Part shown: positions 25,522-38,492 of the stretch, piece after piece
How positions within the stretch are numbered: the first letter of the stretch is position 1
Layout of the letters: the number at the start of each line of letters is the position of its first letter
Assembly (NCBI RefSeq): GCF_963676685.1
Contig: NC_092344.1
Coordinates: 106,516,001 to 106,580,000, forward strand
Source: Mytilus edulis
Lineage: Eukaryota
Direction: 5' to 3'
Length of the DNA: 64,000 nt
Position numbers and translations under genes: made by a program
Notes under the pieces: generated by a model
Databases searched by the model: none
What the model was told of the DNA's origin: nothing
The model's input: only the letters and a program-made list of their open reading frames with translations

Positions 25522-27889
25522 TTAATATTGTTGATGTTGAAATTGATTATGATGTTGAAGTTGATAATGACATCGAAGTTGATAATGATGTTGAAGTTGA
25601 TTGATGTTGATTCTTGCTGTTAAATTTGTCATGCGGTAAATTTTATGGCGGATTACAAGTTGTGCAACTAGTTACTCAACTTGTAATTTTGGCGGAATTT
25701 ACTTTAAGCTGCTATGGACTACCCAGTGGCTCCTGATATAACGTTGTTACTGCTGGATAATCCTTCAGTAATTCAATCGTCATCAAGTTTTGATTGACAA
25801 GTTGATTGTGTTTCTTTCTTGCAATAATGCCATGACAAATTTACAGCCAAATAAAACATAATTTCTTTAGTGATTTTGATTTATAGTTTATTCGTTGGAT
25901 TCATTAATTACATCATGAGGTCAAACAATGATAATACAGATTTAAACAATACAAGTACACTTACATTTTATCTAGGCCCCCCTTTCAATCTATGTGTGTA
26001 TATATATATATACATACAATAATAGAATTTAATTCAATAATAATTAAATTCAGTTATTGTAATTATATAACTTTGTATGCCTATTATTGATTTAAATTGA
26101 CGGTGTGTTCGATTCATTTTATACTGGTCACTTTAATATGCTAATTAGTTTAGCCCGCGAAATGTTAGTCCGTGCAATTTACCTCGTGTGGTTTGGTCAT
26201 TTGAATTCAAACCTTACACGGAGCTTGACCAAAGCTATAGAATTTACCCGCCCTCCCTTTTCCCCATTATGAATATTTTCTGCTGCTTTTCATTTATCGT
26301 TTCAGTTTTGGAAGAATGATTATAGAACCAGCGTCATGGCATATATAACAGACTGAGTTTGGAGCTTTTTTGTATTGTGAATGGACAGGCGGAATTTACT
26401 TTAAGCTGCTATGGACTACCCAGTGGCTCCTGATATAACTTTGTTACTGCTGGACAATCCTTCAGTAATTCAATCGTCATCAAGTTTTGATTGACAAGTT
26501 GATTGTGTTTCTTTCTTGCAATAATGCCATGACAAATTTACAGCCAAATAAAACATAATTTCTTTAGTGATTTTGATTTATAGTTTATTCGTTGGATTCA
26601 TTAATTACATCATGAGGTCAAACAATGAGAATACAGATTTAAACAATACAAGTACACTTACATTTTATCTAGGCCCCCCTTTCAATCTATGTGTGTGTAT
26701 ATATATATATATATACAATAACAGTCTATTTGCATCTCACAAGAACCCGAAAGCACGCAATATGAAAGAAACACAGCATCAACTTAAAATTGGTGCATGT
26801 GCGCTCTCTGCCTTCATTACTTTATATGATAAATTGTTAAAACAGATTGGAGTGAATGTATTTCCTCTTATGTTAGAATATGAAATCAATCAGAATTTAT
26901 TATTAAGAAGTAAAAATGTCATGATGGTGTAGATATTAAATAAACAAAATATCTTCGCGTCGCAATTTGATGCAAAAGTCCAATACAGGAAACACTAAAA
27001 TATGCAGGCAGAAAACGTACAGGTACATATGTTTTATTGGAGTAGAAGAAATTAGGTGTACTTATTCATGATACACAAGTTTACTACGCGCAATTGATAA
27101 ATAGGGCAATAGTAGTATACCTATGTTAAAGGGTCATTATTAGATTGAGATATCAATGGACAAAGGCATTTACTTTTTTGTATTTTTTATATACTCTAGT
27201 TTCAAATCCCCTTGCAAGTATATTTGCTGCATGATATTGAGTTGGATGCATTTTCATTAGACAAATGCCCGAAATTGAGGCAGTTAAGGCCAAGTTCCCA
27301 AAAAAATCCCTTTCACTTTTATCTTCTTAAAAGTATTTTATTGTTCATCCGTATACCATTATATATTGCTACTATTTGTCACCATTTGTATGTTTGTTGA
27401 CTCACTGTCTACGATTTCAAATTGAATAGTAAGTATTGTATTGTTTGTTGTTTTCTTTGTTTCAAAGAACGTTAATTAACAATTATCGGAGCTGATTATA
27501 ACCAATACCAATGTATACCCAAATAGTTGATAAGGCAAGTATTTATCATTAGTTGTATTAAGTAGAAATCAACTAATTAATAAACAGATATACAATGGTG
27601 AACCACTGCTTACCACGAACAATTTGCACATGACCATTTGAGAACTTAGTGCATGTTGACAAAGGTTAGCTTACTGTGACTTCAAAGTCATATTTTTTAA
27701 CAAGTATAGCGGTCATCAATTTGCCAAACAATATCGAATTTAGCATGTTTAGCAGAAACGTGAAAATAATACAAAATGTATTTGTCTACTAAGCTCAGTA
27801 TTTCGGTAACGACATGATTAATAACAAACCTTTATGAATAGACTGGTAATCAGTAATTTAACATGTTCTTGTGTTGTATCATATACACG

Positions 27890-28665
27890 ACGCTAAATTC
27901 TGGAGCAAATGTTAAGTTAACTACTATTCAAAAATATATTAGTGTAAATTATATGTTTATACAGAAAAACATATGAAAACTTTACATACTGGAGAAAATC
28001 ACATGTTAATACACAAGAACATATTGAAACGTTACATAGCGAAGCAAATAATATGTTATTACACAAGAACATATGACAACACCACATATTTGAGCAAATG
28101 ATATGTTACTACTCAAAAATATACTGGAGTTAATTAGATATTACTACTGAAGAAGATGACATGTTACTACACAAGTGCATATGAAAACACTACACACCTA
28201 GGGAAATCTAACGTTACCCCTCAAGAACATAATAAAAATGATATATACTAGAGCAAAATATATTTTAAATCAAAGAACACATACAAAAACTACATTCTGG
28301 AGCAAATGATATGTTTCTAATGAAAAACAAAATATACTGAAGTTCTTTGTATGAACATATGAAAACGAAAAGAACACAAGAAAATATGAAAACGCTACAA
28401 ACGGGGGCAAATCATATGTAACTACTCTAGAACATATGAAAACGCTAAACACTTGAGCAAATCAGGAACATAATAAAAATGCTTTATACTAGCGCAAAAG
28501 ATATTTTACAACTTAAGAACACATTAAAAAGATACACACTGGTGCAAATTAAATGATACTACTCATTGATATGATTATATGAAAGCGTTTCGTTCCAGAG
28601 CAAATCATTTATACCTACTCATACAAGAACATTTTAAAACGCTAAATATTGGAACAAATGATAAT
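27890..28665 (+). repeat. Degenerate tandem repeat, unit roughly 45-50 bp (…ggagcaaatgatatgttactacacaagaacatatgaaaac…)
   Basis: Recurring gagcaaat / caagaacatatgaaaac motifs. Confidence 0.7.
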
Positions 28666-29887
28666 CATATACATTTCTTTGTTCTGCTGTCGTATTATAA
28701 CTTTAAGTTTACTAAGTATATGAGATGTAGTGCTACTGAATTAAGAATTATTACACGAAATGACACTTTCTTGATTTCTCAATCGAAATAAATGTTGAGT
28801 ATCTTTCCTGTAAAGGTATTTGCCATCGTCATCAAGCAAAAAGTTTAATTTCCTTTTACAAGAAATATGTTTATCACTCAAACTTGCACATTTTTTACAG
28901 TAATTTGATATAACAGCAGGTGAATACATGGAATCAAAACCAATTACAAACTACTTTGAAATTGACAACTACAATCTGTAGACACATTGATGTTATAAAT
29001 TACGGGATCAGCTGGACAACTACGAGTACGAATATTATTATTAAATGGGAATCGATTTCAAACGAGAATCTATTTCTATCTAGATAAACCAAATGTAGTA
29101 CGCTGTACTGAGTTCGGTTCACAAACATAGAATTTAAAAGATTTTGTGATGGTTGCTTTCTATTTTATAGTGATTTTATAATTTCCATCATGAATATATG
29201 AGAAATGTAATAAATGGGTTGTTTCTGGCTTTGAAATACTCCATATATAGCGATATAAAATTATAATACTATCCATACGTTTAAAATATCTTGACAATAG
29301 ATTTTTCGGTAGAATCATAGTATAAATTTCATTGTTTCGGTGGCGTAAGCCATTAGGGTCAGTCTGTGGTTTAATTTATTTTTACACATCAGAAACTTTG
29401 TCAAACCTTCATGGAGTTTTATTTAATTTAGACACAATAAAGGCAACAGTAGTATACCGCTGTTCAAACTCATAAATCAATGGACAAAAACAAAATCGGG
29501 GTAACAAACTAAAACTGAGGGAAGCGCATTAAATATAACAACGACACAACACTACAATGTAACACACACAGAAACGGCCCAAGCATCAGACAAAATCCCA
29601 CGAGAATAACAAATATAACATCAAAACCAAACACAAGCTTTTTTTCATAAATAACATATAATGTTGTGTTTACACAAGTCTGATATTACATATTTTGTTA
29701 TCTTTGTTGAATCATCATGGAACGTTTTGAAACTTGAAAATAAACTTCTTCGAGATCAAGATTCATAGATGATCATAGATGTTATTGATAGTTGGTTTAG
29801 TTTTGGGGCAATCAGCATTACATGTTTACACGAACAGAATTAATTGTATGGTGACAGCATAGAATCTCTTTACTTTTTTGGATTCGA

Positions 29888-29931
29888 GTGTCACTGATGA
29901 GTCGTTTGTAGACGAAACGCGCGTCTGGCGT
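29888..29931 (+). ncRNA. Minimal type I hammerhead ribozyme (retrozyme-type)
   Basis: GTGTCA-CTGATGA-GTC-gtttgta-GAC-GAAA-CGCGCG-TC-TGGCGT. Confidence 0.82.
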
Positions 29932-32900
29932 ATATACAAAATTAGGTCCTTGTATCTATGATGAGTTTATTCAACATTTTTTTTTATTTTCAAATTTTTT
30001 TTTTTTTAGGGAAGCCTATAATTAAGATTAATTAAACATTATCGCTTAAGTTGTTTGTCATGTGAGATGTTAAATATTTCAACTTATTCATTATATACCT
30101 TGCAAAAAAAAATCATAAAAAATCTGTAATTTATATAAAGTTTGACAAATTATCCGGTTTCATGTTTTCCGAGATTTTATGATTAAAATCTTTTTAAAGT
30201 GTTTTACTCAAAATAGAATTTCTGTTGACGAAATTTTGTCAGTTTCCGTGTACAATCGTGTTCGTTCGGTTTTAGAATAGATTTACAGGAAAGTTAAACA
30301 TTTGATTTTGTCAGGTTTTAAGGACTTCCAATTTACCCTAGAGTTGGGTATTAGTGTTAAACTATTTTTAAGCTGTAAAGTGTAAACTTTGCAACACAAG
30401 TCAAATGCAATGAAGGCATGTTGGCTAATGATGCAGGGTCAAATGATCTAAATGGAAATAAATTATCCAAAACCATACAACTCCATACTAAATGTTATAC
30501 AGGATAACTAAAAGTTAATTGACAAAAAATCACTTAAAGAAATTTTATGATTTGTTACTGATATTTTTAAGATATCTTTTCAGTTCTGATACATCTTTGT
30601 TACTTGTGTATTTGTAAAGAAGATATTTCGTCATATTGTTGAATGTTTTGTTGACATGTTTTGGTGTATAATGTTATCACTCAGAAACCAAAAAAATCAT
30701 GCATTTTGTTGACAACTTACAAAATGAATATCAGTCATCTTTATGTTGATGTGAATGCCCAACCTTCTATCATTTATGGGTAGACTTTACATAGATAAAT
30801 TCAGCCGTATGTGACGTGAAACTGTACTTATGTGTCCCGTCATACTTTGAACCACACCATTATTTTATTTATTATTTTTACTGTAAGTCGGTTTTTTGTT
30901 ATATCTACTTTACGTGAGTCTGCATTTATGTATGCCGTCATACGACAAAATTATTTTTATGTCTACCTGTGCGAATTTCAAACGCGCAATTTTACACCAG
31001 TAATGAAAACCTTCTTTCATTTATGGGTAGACTTTACATAGATAAATTCAGCCGTATAAGAAAAGCAAAATGAGAATGTTAAATTTGATGTATGCCTTTT
31101 TGTGCTACTTTGTTACATTTGTTGTTTATGTAGTGATATTAAGATGATAACACAATATTGACTGTTGTACCCCTATTTTTGACATTTTTACTCTTTGAGT
31201 ATGTTTGTTTTGTTCATGCATCGTTGACAATGTAATGGAATTTGATGCGACTGTCATACAAGTGAGAGGTTTAGCTAGCTATAAAACCAGGTTCAATCCA
31301 CCATTTTCTACATTAGAAAATGCCTGTACCAAGTCAGGAATATGACAGTTGTTATCCATTCGTTTGATGTGTTTGGACTTTTGATTTTGCCTTTTGATTT
31401 TTGATTTTCCTTTTTGAATTTTCCTCGGAGTTCAGTATTTTTGTGTTTTTACTTTTCACAGTACATTTTGAGGGGATTGCACAAAACAGAAAATGTAGAT
31501 CAAATGCTTTTGAATTATACATAATTTTATATATGCTTATATTTGTGTTATTCAACTGCATGAAAATAAAGAATTACCCGTCCCTCGCCTACGGCTTTAT
31601 TTTCAAAAGATTTTCGGGAGATTCGTAGTGCCCTAAAAGAGGGATTAAAGATACCAGAAGACAGTCAAACTCATAAATCGAAAATAAACTGACAACGCCT
31701 GGCTAAAAATGAAAGAAGACACACAGACAAACAATAGAACACATGAAACAACATAGAAAACTAAAGAATAACTTTAGTTTTTGCGTTGTCTTTTGTGGAC
31801 TGTTGTTTGTCTACCTGTCTTTTTTTTCATTTTGGTAGATGGGTACCATATTTCCTTTCAATTTTTTTTTTGTTTGAACATGTTTATATTGTTGATTTAT
31901 CTAGAGTACTGGTCATGATGCAGGATGAGTTGTCACGTTTTAACATATCTCTTAAATTGTATCTAATAAAATTGAGAATGGAAATGGGGAAAGTGTCAAA
32001 GAGACAACAACCCGACCAAATAAAAAACAACAGCAGAGGGTCACCAACAGGTCTTCAATGTAGCGAGAAATTCCCGCACCCGGAGGCGTCCTTCAGCTGG
32101 CCCCTAAACAAATATATACTTAGAAGCTTATATTGTGTTATTTTTCTTTATTTGATTTAGTTATGAGTTTTAAAAGTTGTCTTTAAATTTTGTTCAAAGA
32201 TGGACAGATAGATGTGCGTGTAAACTTCATATTAGGTTCTTTTTAATTGATTTTTACACAGGTATAGGTACATCATCAGAAGTCTGAGATAAGTTCATAT
32301 AAAACAAAATTGTTGGATCTTCAGTATAAGATTTACAAAGAAAAATAGATCAAATATGGTGCACAATTTTAGATATCCCACTACGTGGTCTATTCAGTGT
32401 GCACCACATTTTGTAGTTATTTCTTCTTGTACAGAAAAAATTATTACATTCATTTCTTTGATACAATTTACTCGATAGAAGTGTGACAAAATGATGTTAT
32501 ATAATTAATGGACCAGGTGGAACAATCACGTTTGGAATATGAATATACGTATGATGTTATTTCTGAATGGAATCGTTTTCAAACGTAGTTCTATTATTAC
32601 TCGACAAGGAAGCTACATATTTCAAATAAGTGTTGTTTTCACAAAAGTTATCAAATACGTAAATTCTAAGTATTTTGTCTTTGAAGTATGTAATACTTTT
32701 TTTCTGCCGTAATATATCATTAAATTTCCTCATTTCATCTTTTATCTCAACTTCTTACACTTACTTTTACAATAGCATTCGATGAATCAAGATACAACAA
32801 TGCGAACTGATTTATGACACGACCATATCATTTTTGAATTTGCCCCCTTCTCTTCCTCTTGTTTTAAGATGCGTTGTTTTGTAAATCGCCAGAAAAATAT

Positions 32901-34329
32901 CTCCAAATGGAGAGCAAAATGGATGATTTATATCTTACTTGTAGTCACGTGCTGGTAGTAGACAGTAACACATCTATGATGAATTATTCTAGTCTCTTTG
33001 AATCTGGTTCCGATATAGGCTTTATTCATCAAATATGTTCTTTCTGTAGAAAGGGTTTACTTTTGAAATTTGTAATGAATTGAGACAATATACCAACCAA
33101 AGCGATGACACAAAAAAAAAAAGAGAAAATATATCGCAGTGAAATCAAATGATATGTTTATTACCTGGTTTTATAACAATTCAAGCAAGACACGATCCTT
33201 TTATTTTATGTGTTTCTACAGAATTTCAAAAGTTGCTGTTTCCTGCAGAAGTATAGTTGTATTTGTGTTTTTGTGATGTCTTTGATTTTTAACTCTGTAA
33301 GACATTGTACTTCAATAAGCTGATGCTTAAGTAATTTGTTGAAAATTGAAGAAAAAAGTAAACTAACAAAAATACCCAACTCCAAGAAAAATTCAAATCT
33401 GAAAGTGCCTCATCAAGTTGCAAAATCAAAAACTCAAACGAATTGAAGACGACTGACATTAAGAAGTTTTTAAAAGAGACATTAGATTAAAACTCGACCT
33501 TAGATGAGTATTGCCAATATTTGTCGGTCCCTTATGGTCATCAGTATAGCCATTAACGATTCTACGTATGTATACATCCCTTCAACTACAGAGCTTTCAA
33601 ACGTTTATGTGTGGGGGTTCCTAGTGAAGGTAACTGAATCCAGATAAGCACTGCTGATGCCCGAAATTTATAAATTGTTATTTTCATTGAATCACTTCTA
33701 AAAACTCTACGAAAACTCATTATCAACTTCACAAGCAAACCTTTCTCTAGTTCTTCGCCAATTTATACAATGCAAGACCAATTCAATATTCAAGTTTTTT
33801 CATCCTCACCAATCACTGTTTTTCTTATTTTGACATCCTTTTTATTTAGCCGTCTGGTTTCTGTCCTAATATACCATACAATTTATCAATATGTCCAATT
33901 AATGGCCGAAGCGAGAAATCTATTCAACTAAAATGCTAAGTTTCTTTTCAATGGCAATGATATTGAAGGTGTCATTAATAACATCATATAACAGGAATAC
34001 AAATGACTGTACCTTAGAACTGAGACTACTATAATACGTTTTAGTCACCTCAGCGTAAAAACAGCGCTTAGTTTGTTTTTATAGATTAGATTGTTGGTTT
34101 TCCTTTTTGTGTGATTTTACACTAATAATTTTTGGTTCTTTATAGCTTGCTGATCAGTGTGAGCCAAGACTCCGTGTTGAATTCAAAGGCCGTACTTTGA
34201 CCTATAATTGATCACTGTTTATACACGGTGACTTGGATGGAAGGTTGTCGCATTTAGCACTCGTACCACTATCTTCTTGTTTATATTGACAATGAAAACA
34301 AATATATATATATATATAACGCTTACTTT

Positions 34330-35275
34330 GAGCCCTGAAAATGAGGTCAAGGTCAGACAAATCGACCCAACACTCAAACATACATTACAGTTGACCTAAT
34401 GCTAATAGTGACTAATGAATGACGAAAATGAGGTCGAGGTCAGATGAAGTCTACCAGACAAACTCTTACAACTTACGATCATTCCATACACCAAAGTAAG
34501 TTGATGTATTGATTATAGTACCCGAGAAGCGAACTCAAAACACAAAAAGTTTTTTGGCCAAAGAACCTTGAAAAAATATCAGCAGAACCCTACCAGAGAG
34601 ACATGTACGCCTTACAATCATTTCATACCCCAAATATATAATCGATCTTCTGCATATAGCATCTAAGATATAGGCTTTAACATCAATAAAAGCTGAACAT
34701 TGTTGACTGCGACATGAATATGAGGTTGAGGTCAACCTTGTCTGACAAACATGCAGACCTAGCAAGGATTTTATATACCACATATAGTTAGCCTTTTTCT
34801 AACAATAAGTGAGAAATTCACATGAGAAAATAAACTGTTGACACAGATACATGTCTTTCCTCTAGACAAAAAGTTCAGAAAGACAATCAGATTGACAACA
34901 ACATTGCAAACATTGAAAAATCGTAATTAATTGAAAGTCACTGGACCATGAATAAGGAGATAGGCCTCAAAATAGTTGTCAAACTGGTATATACTGCAAG
35001 TAATGCATATAGAAAATATCATTCATCTATCCCAAGTAGTCCATACCAACATAACTTAAGATAAACTTGAAAATTGCTTATTAATTCAAAGTCACTTGAC
35101 CATGACCTAGGGGCAGGGCGTCAAAACAACTTTAAATTGATATATACTCATAGAAATGCAATTTCATAAAAAAAAAAAATATATCACTTGCATTCGGCGA
35201 CTTTCTATGAAGGCGATACAAAAATGCTGATTTTTTCAGGCAGTAGCTGAACTATGAAAATGAGGTCATGAATAA
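34330..35275. repeat. Decayed repeat with recurring gaaaatgaggtcaaggtcaga motif (satellite/HINE-derived)
   Basis: Motif near 34337, 34424, 34718 and 35256. Confidence 0.5.
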
Positions 35276-35806
35276 TGGACATATAATAATCTGAAATTAA
35301 GTAATCTTAATACATCTATATGCAAACCTACTACTGTATGCATGAAGGAAATAAATATATAGTTTTTTTTTTGTTTGCCAATCATACCACATCTCCTTAT
35401 TTTCATATAAAAGATAATAACTTATGGTTTGATTTATTCATTATTTTTTATCAAATAAAAAATTATAATTTCACTTGAAAGCCATTTTGATTATGGGTCT
35501 GGAAATCTAAATTATATTTACGACAGGTTCTTGTAATTAACATATTACACAAAGAGGATAGTGGGGTATCCTTATAGAGATGAATTGTAATCAGTAACAC
35601 CAATGGTCAGGAAAAGGTCACATTTGTCATTTTTTACTGATTTCAAATCCTTATGACTGATTGAAATTCTAAACTTTTGTCAAATTGAATTTTAAAATTT
35701 ATCATCATTTGAAATTTTCTTGACCTTTTTGTCAGAAATTGATTTTTTTTTGTAATCAGTAGCTAATATTAGCTTTAAGATCATTTTTTATCGATTTTTA
35801 AACTGT

Positions 35807-35934
35807 CAGTGGCGGATCTAGGGGTAGGGTTCCGGGGGTTTGAACTTGGTCACCCCTGTTTTGGGGACGATTATTGCTTTTGAATGGGGAATAATTTGGA
35901 ACCCCCCTTTTGAAAATGACAGGATCCACCCCTG
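35807..35934. mobile_element. Short GC-rich MITE with 6-bp TSD
   Basis: TIR CAGTGGCGGATC / GATCCACCCCTG; AACTGT at 35801-35806 and 35935-35940. Confidence 0.75.
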
Positions 35935-38229
35935 AACTGTTGCATTACTAAATTCACAATGAAACTTTTTATTTAAAGAGAGGTAAAAATTCATGTATTA
36001 TTTCCTGCTGGAAAACCAAGGATACATACAAGTTCTTATATTTCCAGATCCTGGCCTTGATAGTAATCTCTTCATTTCTTTGACAATTACATCTGGTCTG
36101 ATCAGGTGAAATCAACTGAGTAATATTTCAGGAAATGAATTATCATAAAAGTCAGTGAAGGGTCAAATATAAGATTAGAATAGAAACCTAAATTTGCTAG
36201 ATTACTGACCTACTAACATTCCTATATTAGTTTTACTGATCAGTGAGCAATACAGATAGGTTATATGATATGGTGCATAAATAGTTTGTAAATATCAAAA
36301 TGTCAAAGGTAATTGGTTTTTGTTATCAATCCCTAAAATTATTGAAACATAAACTTAGGTCTCCATTATCAGGCCCATGTCTTATTAAATTATAATCTTT
36401 ATGAAAGTATCATTATGAATATATTAACTTTGTTCTTTTAAGACAAATTACTGAGAAAAATACTTTAAGGCCACATTCCAAAGAATCATCATGGATATTA
36501 TTTCATTCCCTGTATTTTGAAAAATCAATCAAATAATGAACTTGAAGAAATAAATGAGTGGAGAGAAATGGAAAGGGGAAAAGTAATAAAAAATACTCGC
36601 AATTCAATCTTGAGACGAAGATTTCACAAGACAACAAACACAAAATTAATCATTTATTCATTATTTAAAAATCTAAATCGACGTTAATAACAATAACAAT
36701 TATTCTGTTCTGTCAGAAAAAAATCACATACCTGACTAAAATTTTAACAATACACCATCTTAATAGTGCTTAAGTCATGATTAAATGTAAAACCACATAT
36801 ATAATACCCAACTAACCCAAGACTAGACAAAAGCATGTTATAAAAATCTTTTTTTTTGGCACTCAACTTTAATATAATATGCGGGATAACCATGTAAACG
36901 TTTTCAAGAGTGGAGCTAATCAAATTACTATTATTACTGTTGAAAAAATTATGTACATTAAACCTTTTGCAAAATCTTAAATACACACATATATTAAAAA
37001 GCTTAATACCTTTTGCTAAACAATCTGTATATCATTGATTTAACATTATTGGTCCAATCCTAATCCCAAACTTTAACAAATTGTCGATAGCCAAGCTGCC
37101 ACAGAAAACAGCATGCTTAAGTCTTGCCTCTGAGATTTGTTTGAGGCAGGACAAAACAAAAATTGAACAAAAGCGGTTGTCATCAAAATATAATCTGTAA
37201 AACTGCTGAACACCACTACCCTTTAAACAACCTATCATTCTAAGTAACTTCTTTCCAAAAGCATAATTAATCCCTTAAGTAGAAAAAAAAGAAGATGATC
37301 CTATTTGGTAAATCTAATAAGCTTCCAACTATAAAGTTAGTTTTTCTTTAAATGCTCCAATATTGATTTACTAGTTGATTTTTTAATATTGCACAAATAA
37401 ATATATATTAAAGAGCAACTATAAAATTACTGCAGTGAATGGAAATAACGATGGAAAGCTGCATAAATTCTGCATTTTTCATTGTTTTCATGAAAATAAT
37501 TACCAACTAGATATTCATCAAAAAGTGTAACTTTTTTAATAAATGTTTTGACTACCGGGTTAACATGAATTATTTTGAGCAAAAGCAGACGACTTTATTG
37601 GTCATTGCAAGTAGCAAATTTCTGAAATTCTTGATTTCTAGCTAACAATTATGGCACAAAAATTGATAAACAAGAAGTAACTATAGAAAAAAAAACATAT
37701 ATACAGGATTAAGCAATACCCATTTGTGAAAGTTTATCTAAAATGCTGCCTTTTTGTTTAAGTGCATTTGTACTTGTTCAACAAATACAATAACAAACTC
37801 CTCCAAAACCAGGATAAGAGATTTATTTGCTTTTCATCTGCTCAATCATAAATAAATAGTATGTGATTGACTTCACTAGAAATACTTTTCAATGGATAAA
37901 GCAATTAAAATGCTTTCTTGGAAACACAGTTTTGTTTCCAGGGCAGGAAAATTAATATTATATGGAATGTTTTCATCTACTCAATTCTGTGACTAGCATC
38001 TATATATAAATTTTCAAAATATATAAAATATAAATATATAAAATATTACATCTACATGAATAGATTAATTTGTAAAAATAAAATATATACTGCACAAATA
38101 TCTTAAATCACCATAAATAACAATTTTCAATATGATTATCAAAACATTTTTCGATTACAAAAATAAGATATGTTTGATTGTAAACAGATTTCCTACTGCA
38201 TAGATTTAGTTAAAACTCTAGTCCAACTA

Positions 38230-38492
38230 TTAAACATCACAATACTGAGGTTTTCCTGAGTGTTCCCACTGGAATTTCCATAATCCATGGAACTCATGCT
38301 CTGTTACATATACCGTGCTGGTTCCTGGTTGGAAATGAACATTACTTGGCTTAGAGAAAGGACATTTGATTCTTGTATGAGGGCTTCCACCATCTGGACC
38401 AAATACTTCTAGATGACTTGAACCCCAGTGGGCTACAATTAAGTTACCTGCTGCATCAAAGTCCATGCCATCAGGGCCACCTTCTAAATCTC
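38230..38492 (-). CDS. DFPase-like exon 5 (GDLEGGPDGMDFD...QYCDV*)
   Basis: AG acceptor at 38494-38493; TAA stop at 38230. Confidence 0.9.

Larger units (their letters stand above)
19600..26721 (+). mobile_element. Degenerate tyrosine-recombinase retrotransposon (Ngaro/PAT-type) with split direct repeats A1-internal-B1-A2-B2
   Basis: A1 19600-19828 = A2 26018-26246 (229 bp, 1 mismatch seen); B1 25691-26022 = B2 26388-26721. The interior has a broken gag-like frame (QIWNLEYVDLAQLL, CYDYN..C.R.NC.YSH), an RT-start remnant (~23480-23680) and a YR remnant (~23700-24360, RKPITIGIL...KTDQ...CPV). Confidence 0.78.
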
